From a virus (taxonomy: Duplodnaviria; Caudoviricetes), in IMG/VR virus record IMGVR_UViG_3300021400_000095: a stretch of 64,000 bases of DNA; one strand, written 5' to 3'. Positions 47,707-58,140 of the stretch are shown in pieces (positions within the stretch are counted from its first letter, which is position 1; the number at the start of each line of letters is the position of its first letter). The translations under genes were made by a program, and so were the position numbers. The notes below the pieces were generated by a model. It made no database searches, was not told the origin of the DNA, and worked only from the letters and a program-made list of their open reading frames with translations.

Positions 47707-48057
47707 TTATTCTTTTTTAACAAAATTATTGTTTTCATACATTGAAACAATCATGTCAAGACATGTCGTTGGTGGAATATAACCTTTAACCTCAATCTCA
47801 TCCTTATACAAATCAAATATAACCATAAGGAGAAAATGACAATATATATAATTTTTTTTCTTTGATTCTTTTGCCATTTCAATAAGAAAGGGCATTATTT
47901 CTTTGCCAAGTGCCACAACATTTTTAACATGTACATCATCATTATTAATAATAGAGTTAAACCTATTTTCTTCAAACCATTTCTGTGCTTCATCAATTAT
48001 ATATTGTTCAGTATCAGTTTTTGGTTTTAATATAAGTGGATATGTTTCTGGTAGCAT
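47707..48057 (-). CDS. hypothetical protein
   Basis: ORF track. Confidence 0.75.
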   Translation of the reverse strand: MLPETYPLILKPKTDTEQYIIDEAQKWFEENRFNSIINNDDVHVKNVVALGKEIMPFLIEMAKESKKKNYIYCHFLLMVIFDLYKDEIEVKGYIPPTTCLDMIVSMYENNNFVKKE

Positions 48058-48489
48058 TTAATCAATATATTTATCTTCTATTATTTTTTTAACAATATTA
48101 TACATTGCAAGTTCAAATGATGAAAACCATTCTTGGTCATCAAATAATAAATCAAAAGATGCATTATCCACATTAATCTTATATACTTTATAAAAATAAG
48201 CAACATTGCTGTTAAGTGCAAATGTAAAACATGGATTTAATTCAATAACAATTCCTTTTTCAAACAACCAATCAATTACTTCAGCATATGATGGTGCAAA
48301 ATAATATCTTCCATGAACAGTATCACCATCATCAATCAAATCACCTTCCTTGTATTTGCCAGAACCTAAGTAATTATCCCAAGTTACTTCAACATCACCA
48401 GCAGCATATTTGTTATCAGTAAAATCTGCATATACTCTATTGTTTAAGAGTTTAGCAAGTTTAAAATCAATAGTGTTACAAAGATTCAT
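48058..48489 (-). CDS. divergent family A-like protein
   Basis: IDFKLAKLL...APSYAEVIDWL.EKGI. Confidence 0.75.
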   Translation of the reverse strand: MNLCNTIDFKLAKLLNNRVYADFTDNKYAAGDVEVTWDNYLGSGKYKEGDLIDDGDTVHGRYYFAPSYAEVIDWLFEKGIVIELNPCFTFALNSNVAYFYKVYKINVDNASFDLLFDDQEWFSSFELAMYNIVKKIIEDKYID

Positions 48490-48518
48490 GTTTAATATTA
48501 TTTAATTCTTTATTTATG

Positions 48519-49505
48519 TTATTGTTTATATGTTTGTTTTGAAATATCTATGTCTTTATTTATTAAGTCAGTTTTATTAACATTAATGATTTTCATTTTG
48601 TTATTAAAATAATATCTCTTATCAACAAAATGCTTTTTATATTCAATTCTTTTTAAGACATTTTTTATTTTTCTTCCAACAGTTGATTTTAAGTTTTTAA
48701 GTGCTTCTTCACAATCAAGTTCATTTTCAAATACCAATAGTTTCCCATTATATGTACAATTAAACCAACCATCAAATATATTATCATTAACATTTGATAT
48801 TGTTGCATTTATTGCATATAATCTATTTTCTTTTCTTTCTTCATCTTCTTTCTTATATTTTTCAATAAGTTGTGGAATTAATGCATCTTGAATGGCCTTT
48901 AATTTCTCTCTATCTTCTTCTTTCTTTAAAAATCTTGGCTCAAACTTAAACCTGAACCCCTTTTCTCCTGGTCTGTTGTACCACCCACATGCATCATTAG
49001 TTTTCTGTAAATCTCCATTATAATATTTATATGTTAAAAGACTTTCCCAATATTGGTCTTGTATTAACCAATCTTCTTTATCTTCTGGTTTAAGATATGC
49101 TGTTATAGAAAATGCAAGGCCAAAAAATACAATTGTAAAATGAGCAGGAAATTCATATCTAAAATCATCATCTGCCCATTTTGTCTTATACATTATATCA
49201 TCATTATACCAATGAAAAGCCAACCATATTGGAAGTTGCCAAACTGGTTTTTTTATTATCTTTGAAAGAATTGGATGATTTTTCTTTCCAAGTTCATTCC
49301 ATTCAACAGATTCAAGTTTAGCCCAATTCCACTTTTCAGTTATTTCACCATATTTTCCAAACCTAATTTGTGGTCCTCTTCTCCATACAGGAAGATTTGG
49401 CTCCTTTTTCCATGAGCCAAAATACCATCTGAATTTTGGTTTTATGAATATATTTTTAACACTTTTCCAAGTGTCTAAGAAATGATGTTTATATTTATTT
49501 CTCAT
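48519..49505 (-). CDS. hypothetical protein
   Basis: 328-aa ORF. Confidence 0.8.
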   Translation of the reverse strand: MRNKYKHHFLDTWKSVKNIFIKPKFRWYFGSWKKEPNLPVWRRGPQIRFGKYGEITEKWNWAKLESVEWNELGKKNHPILSKIIKKPVWQLPIWLAFHWYNDDIMYKTKWADDDFRYEFPAHFTIVFFGLAFSITAYLKPEDKEDWLIQDQYWESLLTYKYYNGDLQKTNDACGWYNRPGEKGFRFKFEPRFLKKEEDREKLKAIQDALIPQLIEKYKKEDEERKENRLYAINATISNVNDNIFDGWFNCTYNGKLLVFENELDCEEALKNLKSTVGRKIKNVLKRIEYKKHFVDKRYYFNNKMKIINVNKTDLINKDIDISKQTYKQ

Positions 49506-50231
49506 TTAAAATACCTCCCTATTTCCAAATTTATAAACAATTTCACCAAATCCTTCCTTTCTCCTTCTAAGTTCATTCAAGGTATCAGCACAAGGATTCA
49601 TATAACATTCAAATTCCATTGGAAATGAAAATCTCTTTAATCTGTCAGGATTATTATAATCAAGATTATTGGTCTTAATTAATGATGTATAATATTCATT
49701 ATCTGGATTATTCAAATCAACATCATCTGATGTTGCCTTTCCAACAATATCACCATTTCTATTAACATAATATGGTGGATTATCAGGGTCTTTAATCAAA
49801 ACACTATCTTGATTATACTTTCCACATAATTGAATTGCCAAAAGTTTTAATTTTGAAAAATCATCTATTTCTCCTGTTTTCTTCAAATGATTAAAGATAA
49901 TAAATGATGGTTCATAACTATCAACAATACCATCAGTACCATGATAGCCACCATATACAGGGAAATAACCATAGTCACAAGCCTTTAAATCATTAATAAG
50001 GCTTTTTGTGTTCTTATTATTAACATCATTAGGCTGGCCAGTTCTATTGGCTGAAACAATTACATAACCATCATTTCCATGCTTGTTAATAATTCTTGAC
50101 AATGTTTCCTCATTGAGTTTTTGCAAAGGATATTCATTGTCAATATTATATAATTCCTTGAAAATGGTTCTTCCATCAACTGCTTCACCAATTCTTTCCA
50201 TTAAATTCTTTATTTCATTTAAATGTCCCAT
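49506..50231 (-). CDS. phage hypothetical protein (LSRI...IVSANR...YGGY...KYNQDSVL)
   Basis: ORF track. Confidence 0.8.
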   Translation of the reverse strand: MGHLNEIKNLMERIGEAVDGRTIFKELYNIDNEYPLQKLNEETLSRIINKHGNDGYVIVSANRTGQPNDVNNKNTKSLINDLKACDYGYFPVYGGYHGTDGIVDSYEPSFIIFNHLKKTGEIDDFSKLKLLAIQLCGKYNQDSVLIKDPDNPPYYVNRNGDIVGKATSDDVDLNNPDNEYYTSLIKTNNLDYNNPDRLKRFSFPMEFECYMNPCADTLNELRRRKEGFGEIVYKFGNREVF

Positions 50232-50245
50232 ATATTTTAATTTAA

Positions 50246-51019
50246 TTAGTTTTTATCTCTCCAAAAGCAATAAAGACAATTATTTCCACAAGGTTTTGGT
50301 TTGTCTTTAATTAATTCTGTTTTATTTTTTGCACATCCACAATGTGTTCTTGCCTCCTTGTTGCCTTCAAGTTTTATTTTATCAGTTAAACCAAGAATAT
50401 CAACATCAATTTGTGATAAACATGGTGTTGTCTTAAATGTCATTCTACTGAAGTCATAATTATATGTGATAGGTGGTTCACCACACATTTCAAGTTGCAA
50501 ACCATATTCATCACAAACTCTTCTTACTTCACTAAATGACTTTTTAATCATTTCCTTATCAGCATGAAATGTTTCATATGGTAATTCAATGTTTTCAGCA
50601 TGAAACCTTTCTTTAACATGATTATACATATCAAGAAAAGAAATTCTTATTCTTTTAAAACCAAGTGCTGAAAATAATTCAATTACATCAGTTGCTGTTT
50701 TTGTTCCTTTTTCAGTTGGAACAATGGGGTCAACTCTTAATACCATTTGTTCAACAGGAAATCCTTTTTCAATTAATTTTTTACATTGATTAAATGACCA
50801 TTCCTTTTTAGGTACAAGTGGTTCTATTTTACTGCCACCCATGCCAGTCACAGTGCAATGTAATATACATTTATCTTTATTTTCAACAAGTTTATCAATA
50901 AGTTTATCAGTCAATCTTTTTGTAATAATCAGATTTCCATCATATAACCTATCAAATATTTCAAGATGAAAGCATGGGTCTGATATTTCTGTTGTTCCAA
51001 ATTTTACAATATCACTCAT
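50246..51019 (-). CDS. DUF1848 family protein (radical-SAM/SPL-like, C-terminal Cys cluster)
   Basis: TVTG, IEP.VP, LRVDPI, SFLDMY, CGE, HCGC, PCGNNCLYCFW. Confidence 0.75.
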   Translation of the reverse strand: MSDIVKFGTTEISDPCFHLEIFDRLYDGNLIITKRLTDKLIDKLVENKDKCILHCTVTGMGGSKIEPLVPKKEWSFNQCKKLIEKGFPVEQMVLRVDPIVPTEKGTKTATDVIELFSALGFKRIRISFLDMYNHVKERFHAENIELPYETFHADKEMIKKSFSEVRRVCDEYGLQLEMCGEPPITYNYDFSRMTFKTTPCLSQIDVDILGLTDKIKLEGNKEARTHCGCAKNKTELIKDKPKPCGNNCLYCFWRDKN

Positions 51020-51020
51020 A

Positions 51021-51650
51021 TTAAATTTCTGGTTTTCTTCCTGTTAATTTATAAACAAAGTTTCTTAATCTTTCACTTTCATTATATTTTACTTCTGCTT
51101 TTTTAGACAATGGCATTCCATGCTCATCAAAATTTGTTTTAGCAAATATCATCAAATCCTTTCTACTATTTAGATTTCCACCATCATTTGCCCATTCAAG
51201 AGCATGTTCTTCTGAGAATTTTTTTGTCTTTAAAAACAATTCACTGGGTTCATTCACATATATTGTATAATTACTACCAATTGGGCTTCTACCATCCCAA
51301 ATATAAGCAGTTTTTAATGTAATAATATAATTATAATTATCTATATTACTTTCTTCAATTTTCAAGGCAATAAACATGCAATTGTTTTGATTAACAATTT
51401 GATAAATCTGTTTAATTGTACCAAAATCATTAATTGAATTCATTAATCTTTTTTTAAGTTCAGGCAATGCAAGTGATATGGTTGCAAAAACATCACTTAA
51501 ACTTAAATTATATTCTTTCATTCTTTCCAGAACATGTGGTTTTTTTGTTTTCTGAATAAGAACATCATCAATTTGTCCAAGATAATTTAAGTTTTTGCTA
51601 ATTGATTCTTTGATTAATTCAATCAATTTTTTCTCATTAATCTGTACCAT
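51021..51650 (-). CDS. hypothetical protein with helical leader (INEKKLIELIKESI)
   Basis: ORF track. Confidence 0.75.
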   Translation of the reverse strand: MVQINEKKLIELIKESISKNLNYLGQIDDVLIQKTKKPHVLERMKEYNLSLSDVFATISLALPELKKRLMNSINDFGTIKQIYQIVNQNNCMFIALKIEESNIDNYNYIITLKTAYIWDGRSPIGSNYTIYVNEPSELFLKTKKFSEEHALEWANDGGNLNSRKDLMIFAKTNFDEHGMPLSKKAEVKYNESERLRNFVYKLTGRKPEI

Positions 51651-51655
51651 ATATA

Positions 51656-52111
51656 TTATATCAGTTTATCAATTAATTTTTCCAAAGCATGTGTAAAATA
51701 AAATCTTTCATTTTTCTTAATGATTTTATAACCATTTATTTCTGGCTTTGTAATACCATGTTTGTCAGTAAAATATGTTGTACACCACAATTTTGATAAA
51801 TCAATATCTAAATTTGCTTGTAATTTAAATAAATGAATATCTTTTCCTCTAATATACTCATGTATCCCAAGGTCAATTATTTCATTTCTTGCTTCACTAA
51901 CATCAAGACCAGATTCTTCTCTTAATTCTCTAATGGCAGTATCAAGGTCATTCTCACCAACATCAGAACAACCTTTAAGTAAATCATAACATTCCTTGTC
52001 ATATCCTCTTCCTGTTGGATGACCTGCTAAAATACTGCCATTATTATCAACAAGAATAATGCCACAAGTAATTATATTACCATTTTTTTGCCTTTTTAAA
52101 TTTTCTGCCAT
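51656..52111 (-). CDS. Nudix hydrolase (T4 NudE-like)
   Basis: Nudix box KGCSDVGENDLDTAIRELREESGL. Confidence 0.9.
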   Translation of the reverse strand: MAENLKRQKNGNIITCGIILVDNNGSILAGHPTGRGYDKECYDLLKGCSDVGENDLDTAIRELREESGLDVSEARNEIIDLGIHEYIRGKDIHLFKLQANLDIDLSKLWCTTYFTDKHGITKPEINGYKIIKKNERFYFTHALEKLIDKLI

Positions 52112-52114
52112 TAT

Positions 52115-52345
52115 TTATAGTGTTTTTACAAAATCATTAAAATCTTTTTCATAAACATTATCATCACTTTTAACATGTTCAGAACAATTCTTATTTAAAA
52201 GTAATGCCATTAATATGTCTTTGTTAAATTCTCCATCAGGTGATTCTTGTAGTATTTTATTTTTTGCAATACAACAAAAATCACCATCCCACCATGCAAA
52301 ATGCTTACAATTTACACAGTTATTTTCAGGTATCTGTATCATCAT
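52115..52345 (-). CDS. small Cys-rich protein
   Basis: CVNCKH...CC...C; start at MMIQIPE. Confidence 0.7.
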   Translation of the reverse strand: MMIQIPENNCVNCKHFAWWDGDFCCIAKNKILQESPDGEFNKDILMALLLNKNCSEHVKSDDNVYEKDFNDFVKTL

Positions 52346-52733
52346 TTTCTTTATTAAATTTTTCAATTGCCTGTTTAATTTCAGGCTTATATTCCAAATA
52401 ATCCAAATCAGGGTCACAAACATTGTCAATCAATACATCTGCATCTGTGACAATTCTCTGAAATGAACCACAATAATTTGCTTTTTTCCATTTTAGTCTA
52501 ATAAATTCATACAAAATCAATCTATTATCCACCTCACCCCAAATGTCTGAACCTTCAGTTTCTTTTAAATCTTTCTCTATCTTAAGCAATAACTTCTTAT
52601 CTTCATCATCATCATTCCATTCTCTCCAAGATTCTTCATCAGAAAAAAATTTGTTATCAAACAAGTCATCCATTATATTGATAAAGTCATATACTTTATC
52701 AAATTCTTTACTATCTGCTTTTGCAACTTTCAT
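52326..52733 (-). CDS. acidic hypothetical protein
   Basis: ORF track. Confidence 0.8.
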   Translation of the reverse strand: MKVAKADSKEFDKVYDFINIMDDLFDNKFFSDEESWREWNDDDEDKKLLLKIEKDLKETEGSDIWGEVDNRLILYEFIRLKWKKANYCGSFQRIVTDADVLIDNVCDPDLDYLEYKPEIKQAIEKFNKENDDTDT

Positions 52734-52788
52734 GTTTTGTTAATATTTAAATTATCTCTATTTACTTGTCCTCCTTTGCTTTTACTCC

Positions 52789-53067
52789 TTACACTATTGC
52801 CCACTCTGCACCTGCTTTGAAACCATCAATACAGCCGTGGTCATAGTCAGCAATAGAGGCAATGGCATAATCCTTTGAATAAAGTTGTTTTCTAGCATTG
52901 TCTGCAAAATCTATTGCTGCCTCATCAAGATTGGAGGGGAGAGAAGGCTGCAAATTATTCACTATATCATCAGCAAATCTGTTTAACATAATCTCCAATT
53001 CTTCCTTCTCCATGGCATGACCTTCATACACAGAGATATATTGATTAATTATTTGTTCTCTATTCAT
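52789..53067 (-). CDS. hypothetical protein (LPSNLDEAA...FKAGAEW module)
   Basis: ORF track. Confidence 0.75.
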   Translation of the reverse strand: MNREQIINQYISVYEGHAMEKEELEIMLNRFADDIVNNLQPSLPSNLDEAAIDFADNARKQLYSKDYAIASIADYDHGCIDGFKAGAEWAIV

Positions 53068-53079
53068 ATCATTTTGCTT

Positions 53080-53241
53080 TTAATCAATTAGCACTTTTCC
53101 AAGAAACTTCTTTCCCCAACCATCTTCCTCTGTCATAACCTCAACTTTATTTGGGGTAAAGTCTGCAAGACCATAAAACATTATTACATCAGCCTCTTGT
53201 GGCATCTTTTGTAATTCTTTAATTAATTCTTGAACAGTCAT
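53080..53241 (-). CDS. hypothetical protein (53 aa)
   Basis: Read manually: MTVQELIKELQKMPQEADV... Confidence 0.65.
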   Translation of the reverse strand: MTVQELIKELQKMPQEADVIMFYGLADFTPNKVEVMTEEDGWGKKFLGKVLID

Positions 53242-53242
53242 A

Positions 53243-53680
53243 TCATTTTGCTTTTAATCTAAGTTCATAGAAGTGTTTGGCAATTGTCAATCCTACATTT
53301 CTATTTATAAGTGTGCTGAATACTGGGTCATCTTCAACATATTCTTTGTATTCCTTCTCCAAATCAATCTCAGGCTGCTTTCCATAAAGAAATTCCTGAA
53401 CAGTAGGCCCTATATTATTCCAAGGCTCCAATTCTTTCCATTCTTTTTCAAGTTGTTCTTTTGGTGTTGTATCAAGATGGTGTTTAAGTTTTGCAACTAT
53501 ATCCACCTTTGGCTGCTCCTGCTGAAGAGAGTATTGGTTTCTAACATCTTTTAATAATGTTTCAATAGCATCTTTCCTGTAATCATCACCATTAGCATAT
53601 CCTTTTGAATAAGCATAAATTCTTTCTTCAAGGTCATGAATTAGACTGTCTGCATCAATGTATTTCTCAATATATTCCAT
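53243..53680 (-). CDS. family C (KYIDA..LI...LQQEQPxVDLEKE) paralogue
   Basis: Shares blocks with 54077. Confidence 0.8.
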   Translation of the reverse strand: MEYIEKYIDADSLIHDLEERIYAYSKGYANGDDYRKDAIETLLKDVRNQYSLQQEQPKVDIVAKLKHHLDTTPKEQLEKEWKELEPWNNIGPTVQEFLYGKQPEIDLEKEYKEYVEDDPVFSTLINRNVGLTIAKHFYELRLKAK

Positions 53681-53683
53681 ATC

Positions 53684-54076
53684 TTATTCATTTTTATACA
53701 TTCCTTTAGGTGCTTCTATAGCAAGTCCCTTTTCAATTAAACCTCTAAAATCAAAATGATGTTCAAGAGCATAATCAAGAGCATTTTCATTACAAGGGAA
53801 CATTCCTTCATAACAATTTATTGCTCTATATTCATTTTCCTCTTCCTTAGCCATACTTGACATTGACCTGAGATAAGGTCTGCAATCTTCAATAAGGGAA
53901 GATTGCTGATAATGTAATTCATTTTGCCTTGTTACAATAGTACCATTCTCAGGAATAATTGTAATAATGTTTGTATTATACCTGCTTCCATAATTGTATC
54001 TTGCACAACATTTTACTCCATAAGGTAATCTTGCACAAAGGTCTTTAAGTAATAATTGTTTTTCTTCCTGTGTCAT
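53684..54076 (-). CDS. family B paralogue
   Basis: Conserved blocks. Confidence 0.85.
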   Translation of the reverse strand: MTQEEKQLLLKDLCARLPYGVKCCARYNYGSRYNTNIITIIPENGTIVTRQNELHYQQSSLIEDCRPYLRSMSSMAKEEENEYRAINCYEGMFPCNENALDYALEHHFDFRGLIEKGLAIEAPKGMYKNE

Positions 54077-54424
54077 TTACTTATCCTCCTTTCTTGCATT
54101 AGGGTCAAGGTTTAAGAAGTGACTGGCAATATTTACAGCAAAATTACTCCATGTTGGATTACTCAACATTTTCTTGTCCATTGGAGTCATATTAAACCAC
54201 ACTTCTTTTCTTGAATCATATTCAAGACAAAATTTCTCAACCTCCTTCTCCAAGTTCACCTCCAGCTGCTCCTGCTGGAGAGAGTTGATGATGTAAAGTA
54301 TATCCTTTATTGCTATTTGATACCCTCTCTCTTCCATTCCATCTTCAAAACCTTGCTCACATTGTAGACCTTTTATCCCAGCAATCAGTTTTTCTACATC
54401 AATGTATTTCTTAATATATTTCAT
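54077..54424 (-). CDS. family C paralogue
   Basis: Conserved blocks. Confidence 0.8.
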   Translation of the reverse strand: MKYIKKYIDVEKLIAGIKGLQCEQGFEDGMEERGYQIAIKDILYIINSLQQEQLEVNLEKEVEKFCLEYDSRKEVWFNMTPMDKKMLSNPTWSNFAVNIASHFLNLDPNARKEDK

Positions 54425-54427
54425 ATT

Positions 54428-54853
54428 CTATTCAGTTTTATACATTCCTTCTGGTGCTTCAAGAGCAAGTCCTTTTTCTATAAGACCATGTATATCCAAA
54501 TATTTTGAATATAAATAATCTGTTGACTTGATGTTATTCTCAGTAGTAGCTAACCACTTCTCTTCATTAGATGTTGCATCAAACCATTTATTTCCCATAT
54601 CAAAAGCAAAACCATTGAGAACCTTTTTTTCTTCCTCAGTCATACTTGACATTGGCCTGAGATAAGGCTTTATTTTATCAATGTTAAATACTTCTGACCA
54701 ATATTCAGAATCATTAGCAACACTTAATTCAATTAGTTCAGAGGTATTTATAGCATAGGCATAGCCAACACCATTTTCTGTTTTAACATATGTTTTGTAT
54801 GGCAGTCTTCCACAAAGGTCTTTAAGCAATAATTGTTTTTCTTCTTGTGTCAT
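54428..54853 (-). CDS. family B paralogue
   Basis: Conserved blocks; start at MTQEEK. Confidence 0.85.
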   Translation of the reverse strand: MTQEEKQLLLKDLCGRLPYKTYVKTENGVGYAYAINTSELIELSVANDSEYWSEVFNIDKIKPYLRPMSSMTEEEKKVLNGFAFDMGNKWFDATSNEEKWLATTENNIKSTDYLYSKYLDIHGLIEKGLALEAPEGMYKTE

Positions 54854-54866
54854 ATTTATTTTATTT

Positions 54867-55418
54867 TTAATCCCACCATTCAGCATCATGTTCATATCTT
54901 ATTTTGTGATAAAGATATTTTGCTTTTAATAAATAAAATTCATGTGGATTATTAATATAATGTTTTTTCACATTATCATCTTTTATAAATCTGTCAATAT
55001 TCTTAGTATTTACATTTACAAGACATTTATATTTAAAATCATCACTTTTCTTTATTTCATAATTGTCATCAGATATTTTGGAAAAATATAGATTACCATC
55101 ATAATCAAATAAATTTGTTTCATTTTCCATTATATTAATAAGATTTAAACAAATCTGCATATCTCTTATTACATATTCAACACCAACAAACCTATTTGCC
55201 TTTTTATGATAATTTATCATTTCTTGAATCTTGGCCTTTTCAAGTTCATATAAAAAACTTTCCTGCCATGGATAACCTTTCAAGGCTGTTATAATGATTC
55301 TCCAAAAGTCTCTGTTAAAATGGTATTTAAACCAAGATGTAATTTCATACCATTTATTTTTTAAAGAATCTAAGTCTTTTATGCTTTTAAAAAATGATTT
55401 ACCAACTATTACTTCCAT
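54867..55418 (-). CDS. hypothetical protein (C-terminal WWD)
   Basis: ORF track. Confidence 0.8.
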   Translation of the reverse strand: MEVIVGKSFFKSIKDLDSLKNKWYEITSWFKYHFNRDFWRIIITALKGYPWQESFLYELEKAKIQEMINYHKKANRFVGVEYVIRDMQICLNLINIMENETNLFDYDGNLYFSKISDDNYEIKKSDDFKYKCLVNVNTKNIDRFIKDDNVKKHYINNPHEFYLLKAKYLYHKIRYEHDAEWWD

Positions 55419-55420
55419 AT

Positions 55421-55684
55421 TTAATAAGTATCACCAGGGTCACTGTCTTTAACTTCAATGTAATTTGCATCATTCTCATCTAAATGAATTAAATCAAAAT
55501 TGATGCATGGAATTGTTATTTTTGAATCACAATTTGTACATTCTAAAACAACATTATTAGAATCAAAGTCTTTTAATAACATTGAACCATTTAAACATAT
55601 TGGGCATGAAATTGCATCATGTACAATATTTATAACTTGCCCATTCTTTAATGTAATCTTTCTCCTTGTGTTAATGTTTCTCAT
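55421..55684 (-). CDS. zinc-ribbon protein
   Basis: CPIC...CTNC. Confidence 0.7.
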   Translation of the reverse strand: MRNINTRRKITLKNGQVINIVHDAISCPICLNGSMLLKDFDSNNVVLECTNCDSKITIPCINFDLIHLDENDANYIEVKDSDPGDTY

Positions 55685-55816
55685 CTTATTTTGCTCTTTT
55701 TTACAAAAATATAAAAAATAATTGATTATAACAAACTTATAGCAAAAATTATGCCAAAAATAAAAAAATTGGGAGATTTGTTTATTAAATCCCCCAATTT
55801 ATATTTAAAAACTACT

Positions 55817-57430
55817 TTACTGTACAAGAAGAAGTACTTCCTGAGTAAGTGCATCCTGAACAACTTCCTCCATTGTAGGCTGAACCTTCTTTCCAGTGTT
55901 AGGGTCAACCTTCACTTCACCTGAAAGGATGAGGCTGATAACAGAACCATCAAATCCTGAGACAAGATACTGTCCACCATGTTCCATGGTTGCAGGTACA
56001 TCCTTGCTTGCACCACTCCTACCTGCACAATACCACCAAACAACCTTGAACTCATCAACCCATTCACTTGGGAAAAATCTCCTAAGTTTTGCCATCATGG
56101 TCTCATAGTTAGTCCTACCACCACAACTATTAAACTGCATGTCACTAACAACAAGAAGAGTCTGTGGAAAGTCTTCAAGTGGCATTTCAGGATGTTCAAC
56201 CCTGGTCTTACAAATCAGGTCAATCAAACTCTGATAATTAGTACCACCCCAAGCAACTTTGCTATTCTGGATTTGGAACCACTTGTCAACAAAACTGTCT
56301 CCCTTAAGTGTCTTAAGAGTTGAAGTGTCATCAAACATTGCCACAACATTGTGGAATGCACCCTTGTTCAATTCTGAGAAATAAATTCCCAAAGAAACAC
56401 AGACATCAAAAGAAGTAAGTCCATTAGGACCACCATTAATAGGGCATGTCATAGAACCTGAGGTGTCTAGTGCACAAAGCACATTACCATTAATTGCACC
56501 ATTATTCTTAGATGCAGTTTCAATAAGATTCTTGAACTGCTTGTCAATGGTAATCTTTGTTACATCAGTAACTTCACCATAACTAGGCAACTTCATAGCA
56601 AGTTCAAATGGATAACCATTAAACTTAGCAACAGGCTGTTCCATAAGCCACTTAATATAACTGTTCTTAAGGTTGTGATTAGTAAGGAACTTTCCACTCA
56701 CAAGATTAAGAAGAGCCTTACCAGGAATAGTATTCCACTTAATGTTAGAATAGTTCCTTGCACAAATGGTCCTCTGGAATTCATGTGCCTTACCTGTTGA
56801 CTTGAACTCTCTATAGTCCTTCATAGACCAACCAACATACTTAGCAAAATCCTTTGCAAGCTGATTGGTAGACTTAGCCCAATCAGTAGTACAAAGCTTG
56901 TTACTCCTGATTCTAGGCATATACTTCTTAACAAGGTCCCTATGATTATCATCATTGATACCAAGAGCAATGACATCAAAGAACTTTTCCTTATCCAAGG
57001 AATCATCCATTGAAAGAAGCACCCAAAGGTCCTTCCAAGAACCAACAACAGGGAGAAGCCAAAGATTCCTATAGAATTCATCAGCATGATACCTTGCAAT
57101 CCAAAGGAGTCTCTTGAAAGATTCATCCTTTGCACCCTGTCCCTTCTGAACCTTTTCAGTCTTATCACCACCAATGATATTAGACTGTCTGGTAATCATT
57201 CTAAGGTAAAAAGGAAACCTGAGGGCATTGACAGGATTTTCACCCCAAAGAGTGGCCTGTTCAGCCCAAACAGTGTTAATGTCCCTACCTCTTGCAGTAC
57301 CTGCATGAGCAAACTGGTCAAGAAGTGCAGAACCTGCACTTGCATATGAAACTGCACCATTTTCAGTCCTTGCACCATTAGCACCAGCACCAATTGTGTT
57401 CACCTTAATAAAACTATTCATATTTTCCAT
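55817..57430 (-). CDS. DUF2828-family protein with C-terminal vWA domain (Ro60/TROVE-like architecture)
   Basis: TENGA, KGQG..E, GSWKDL, KYMPR, LDTSGSM (MIDAS), WGGTN, VSDMQF, VSGF. Confidence 0.85.
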   Translation of the reverse strand: MENMNSFIKVNTIGAGANGARTENGAVSYASAGSALLDQFAHAGTARGRDINTVWAEQATLWGENPVNALRFPFYLRMITRQSNIIGGDKTEKVQKGQGAKDESFKRLLWIARYHADEFYRNLWLLPVVGSWKDLWVLLSMDDSLDKEKFFDVIALGINDDNHRDLVKKYMPRIRSNKLCTTDWAKSTNQLAKDFAKYVGWSMKDYREFKSTGKAHEFQRTICARNYSNIKWNTIPGKALLNLVSGKFLTNHNLKNSYIKWLMEQPVAKFNGYPFELAMKLPSYGEVTDVTKITIDKQFKNLIETASKNNGAINGNVLCALDTSGSMTCPINGGPNGLTSFDVCVSLGIYFSELNKGAFHNVVAMFDDTSTLKTLKGDSFVDKWFQIQNSKVAWGGTNYQSLIDLICKTRVEHPEMPLEDFPQTLLVVSDMQFNSCGGRTNYETMMAKLRRFFPSEWVDEFKVVWWYCAGRSGASKDVPATMEHGGQYLVSGFDGSVISLILSGEVKVDPNTGKKVQPTMEEVVQDALTQEVLLLVQ

Positions 57431-57433
57431 AAT

Positions 57434-57480
57434 CAGAAATTTTTTATGTTAAACTTATTTTTTATTGCTGTTAAATTTCT
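57434..57480 (-). promoter_or_regulatory. 5' UTR ACAGCAA stem of the DUF2828 gene
   Basis: - strand reads AGAAATTT-A-ACAGCAA...AAATTTCT-G, ending 3 nt before the ATG; TATATTTGCA promoter just upstream. Confidence 0.6.
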
Positions 57481-57590
57481 TTTGTTTTGCAAATATACAA
57501 ACAAAATTTTAATATCACAAATTTATTTGATGTTTTTTTCTCTTTTATATAACAAAAACCATGCCAAAAACTATTCTTTTGTAAAGATTT

Positions 57591-57851
57591 TTACTTTTTT
57601 TTATTATTTGGCCTCATTCTATTGTAGAATTCTTCTGTAAAACAAGCACCACTTGGCCACATTTTAACATATTTCTGGCCTTTATAAATGAGCCTGTCCA
57701 TGACATCATCAGGGTCATCAGGATGTCTACCAATACTTGTTGCCACATCTTTCTTCCTTTCAATGTCCCAAAATATGGCAACAACTATTCCAAGTAAAAT
57801 GAGTACTAACAATGGCCACCATTGTGTTAAAAAAATCATAATCTGTTCCAT
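57591..57851 (-). CDS. membrane-anchored hypothetical protein
   Basis: N-terminal TM helix. Confidence 0.75.
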   Translation of the reverse strand: MEQIMIFLTQWWPLLVLILLGIVVAIFWDIERKKDVATSIGRHPDDPDDVMDRLIYKGQKYVKMWPSGACFTEEFYNRMRPNNKKK

Positions 57852-58140
57852 ATCAAAATTAAAAGTTAATCATCCCATGCATCAGCAAGTTTCCTCAATG
57901 CTTCTGCAACTTTACTGTTTCCAACATAATAGCCATGCTCACATAGCCAATTCATAAGTGCTTTATATCTTCTTCTTTCATTTCTAAATTAAAATTTCTA
58001 TTTAAACCAGTCTGTTCCAAATATTCTTGCAAAAAATATTCCAATAAGGCCATACTCATATATCTCTTCTTCACTAAAATGATAATAATGTTTAGCCCAA
58101 TAATTTCCAAATAGACAAACAATTATAAGTGTTATCATCT

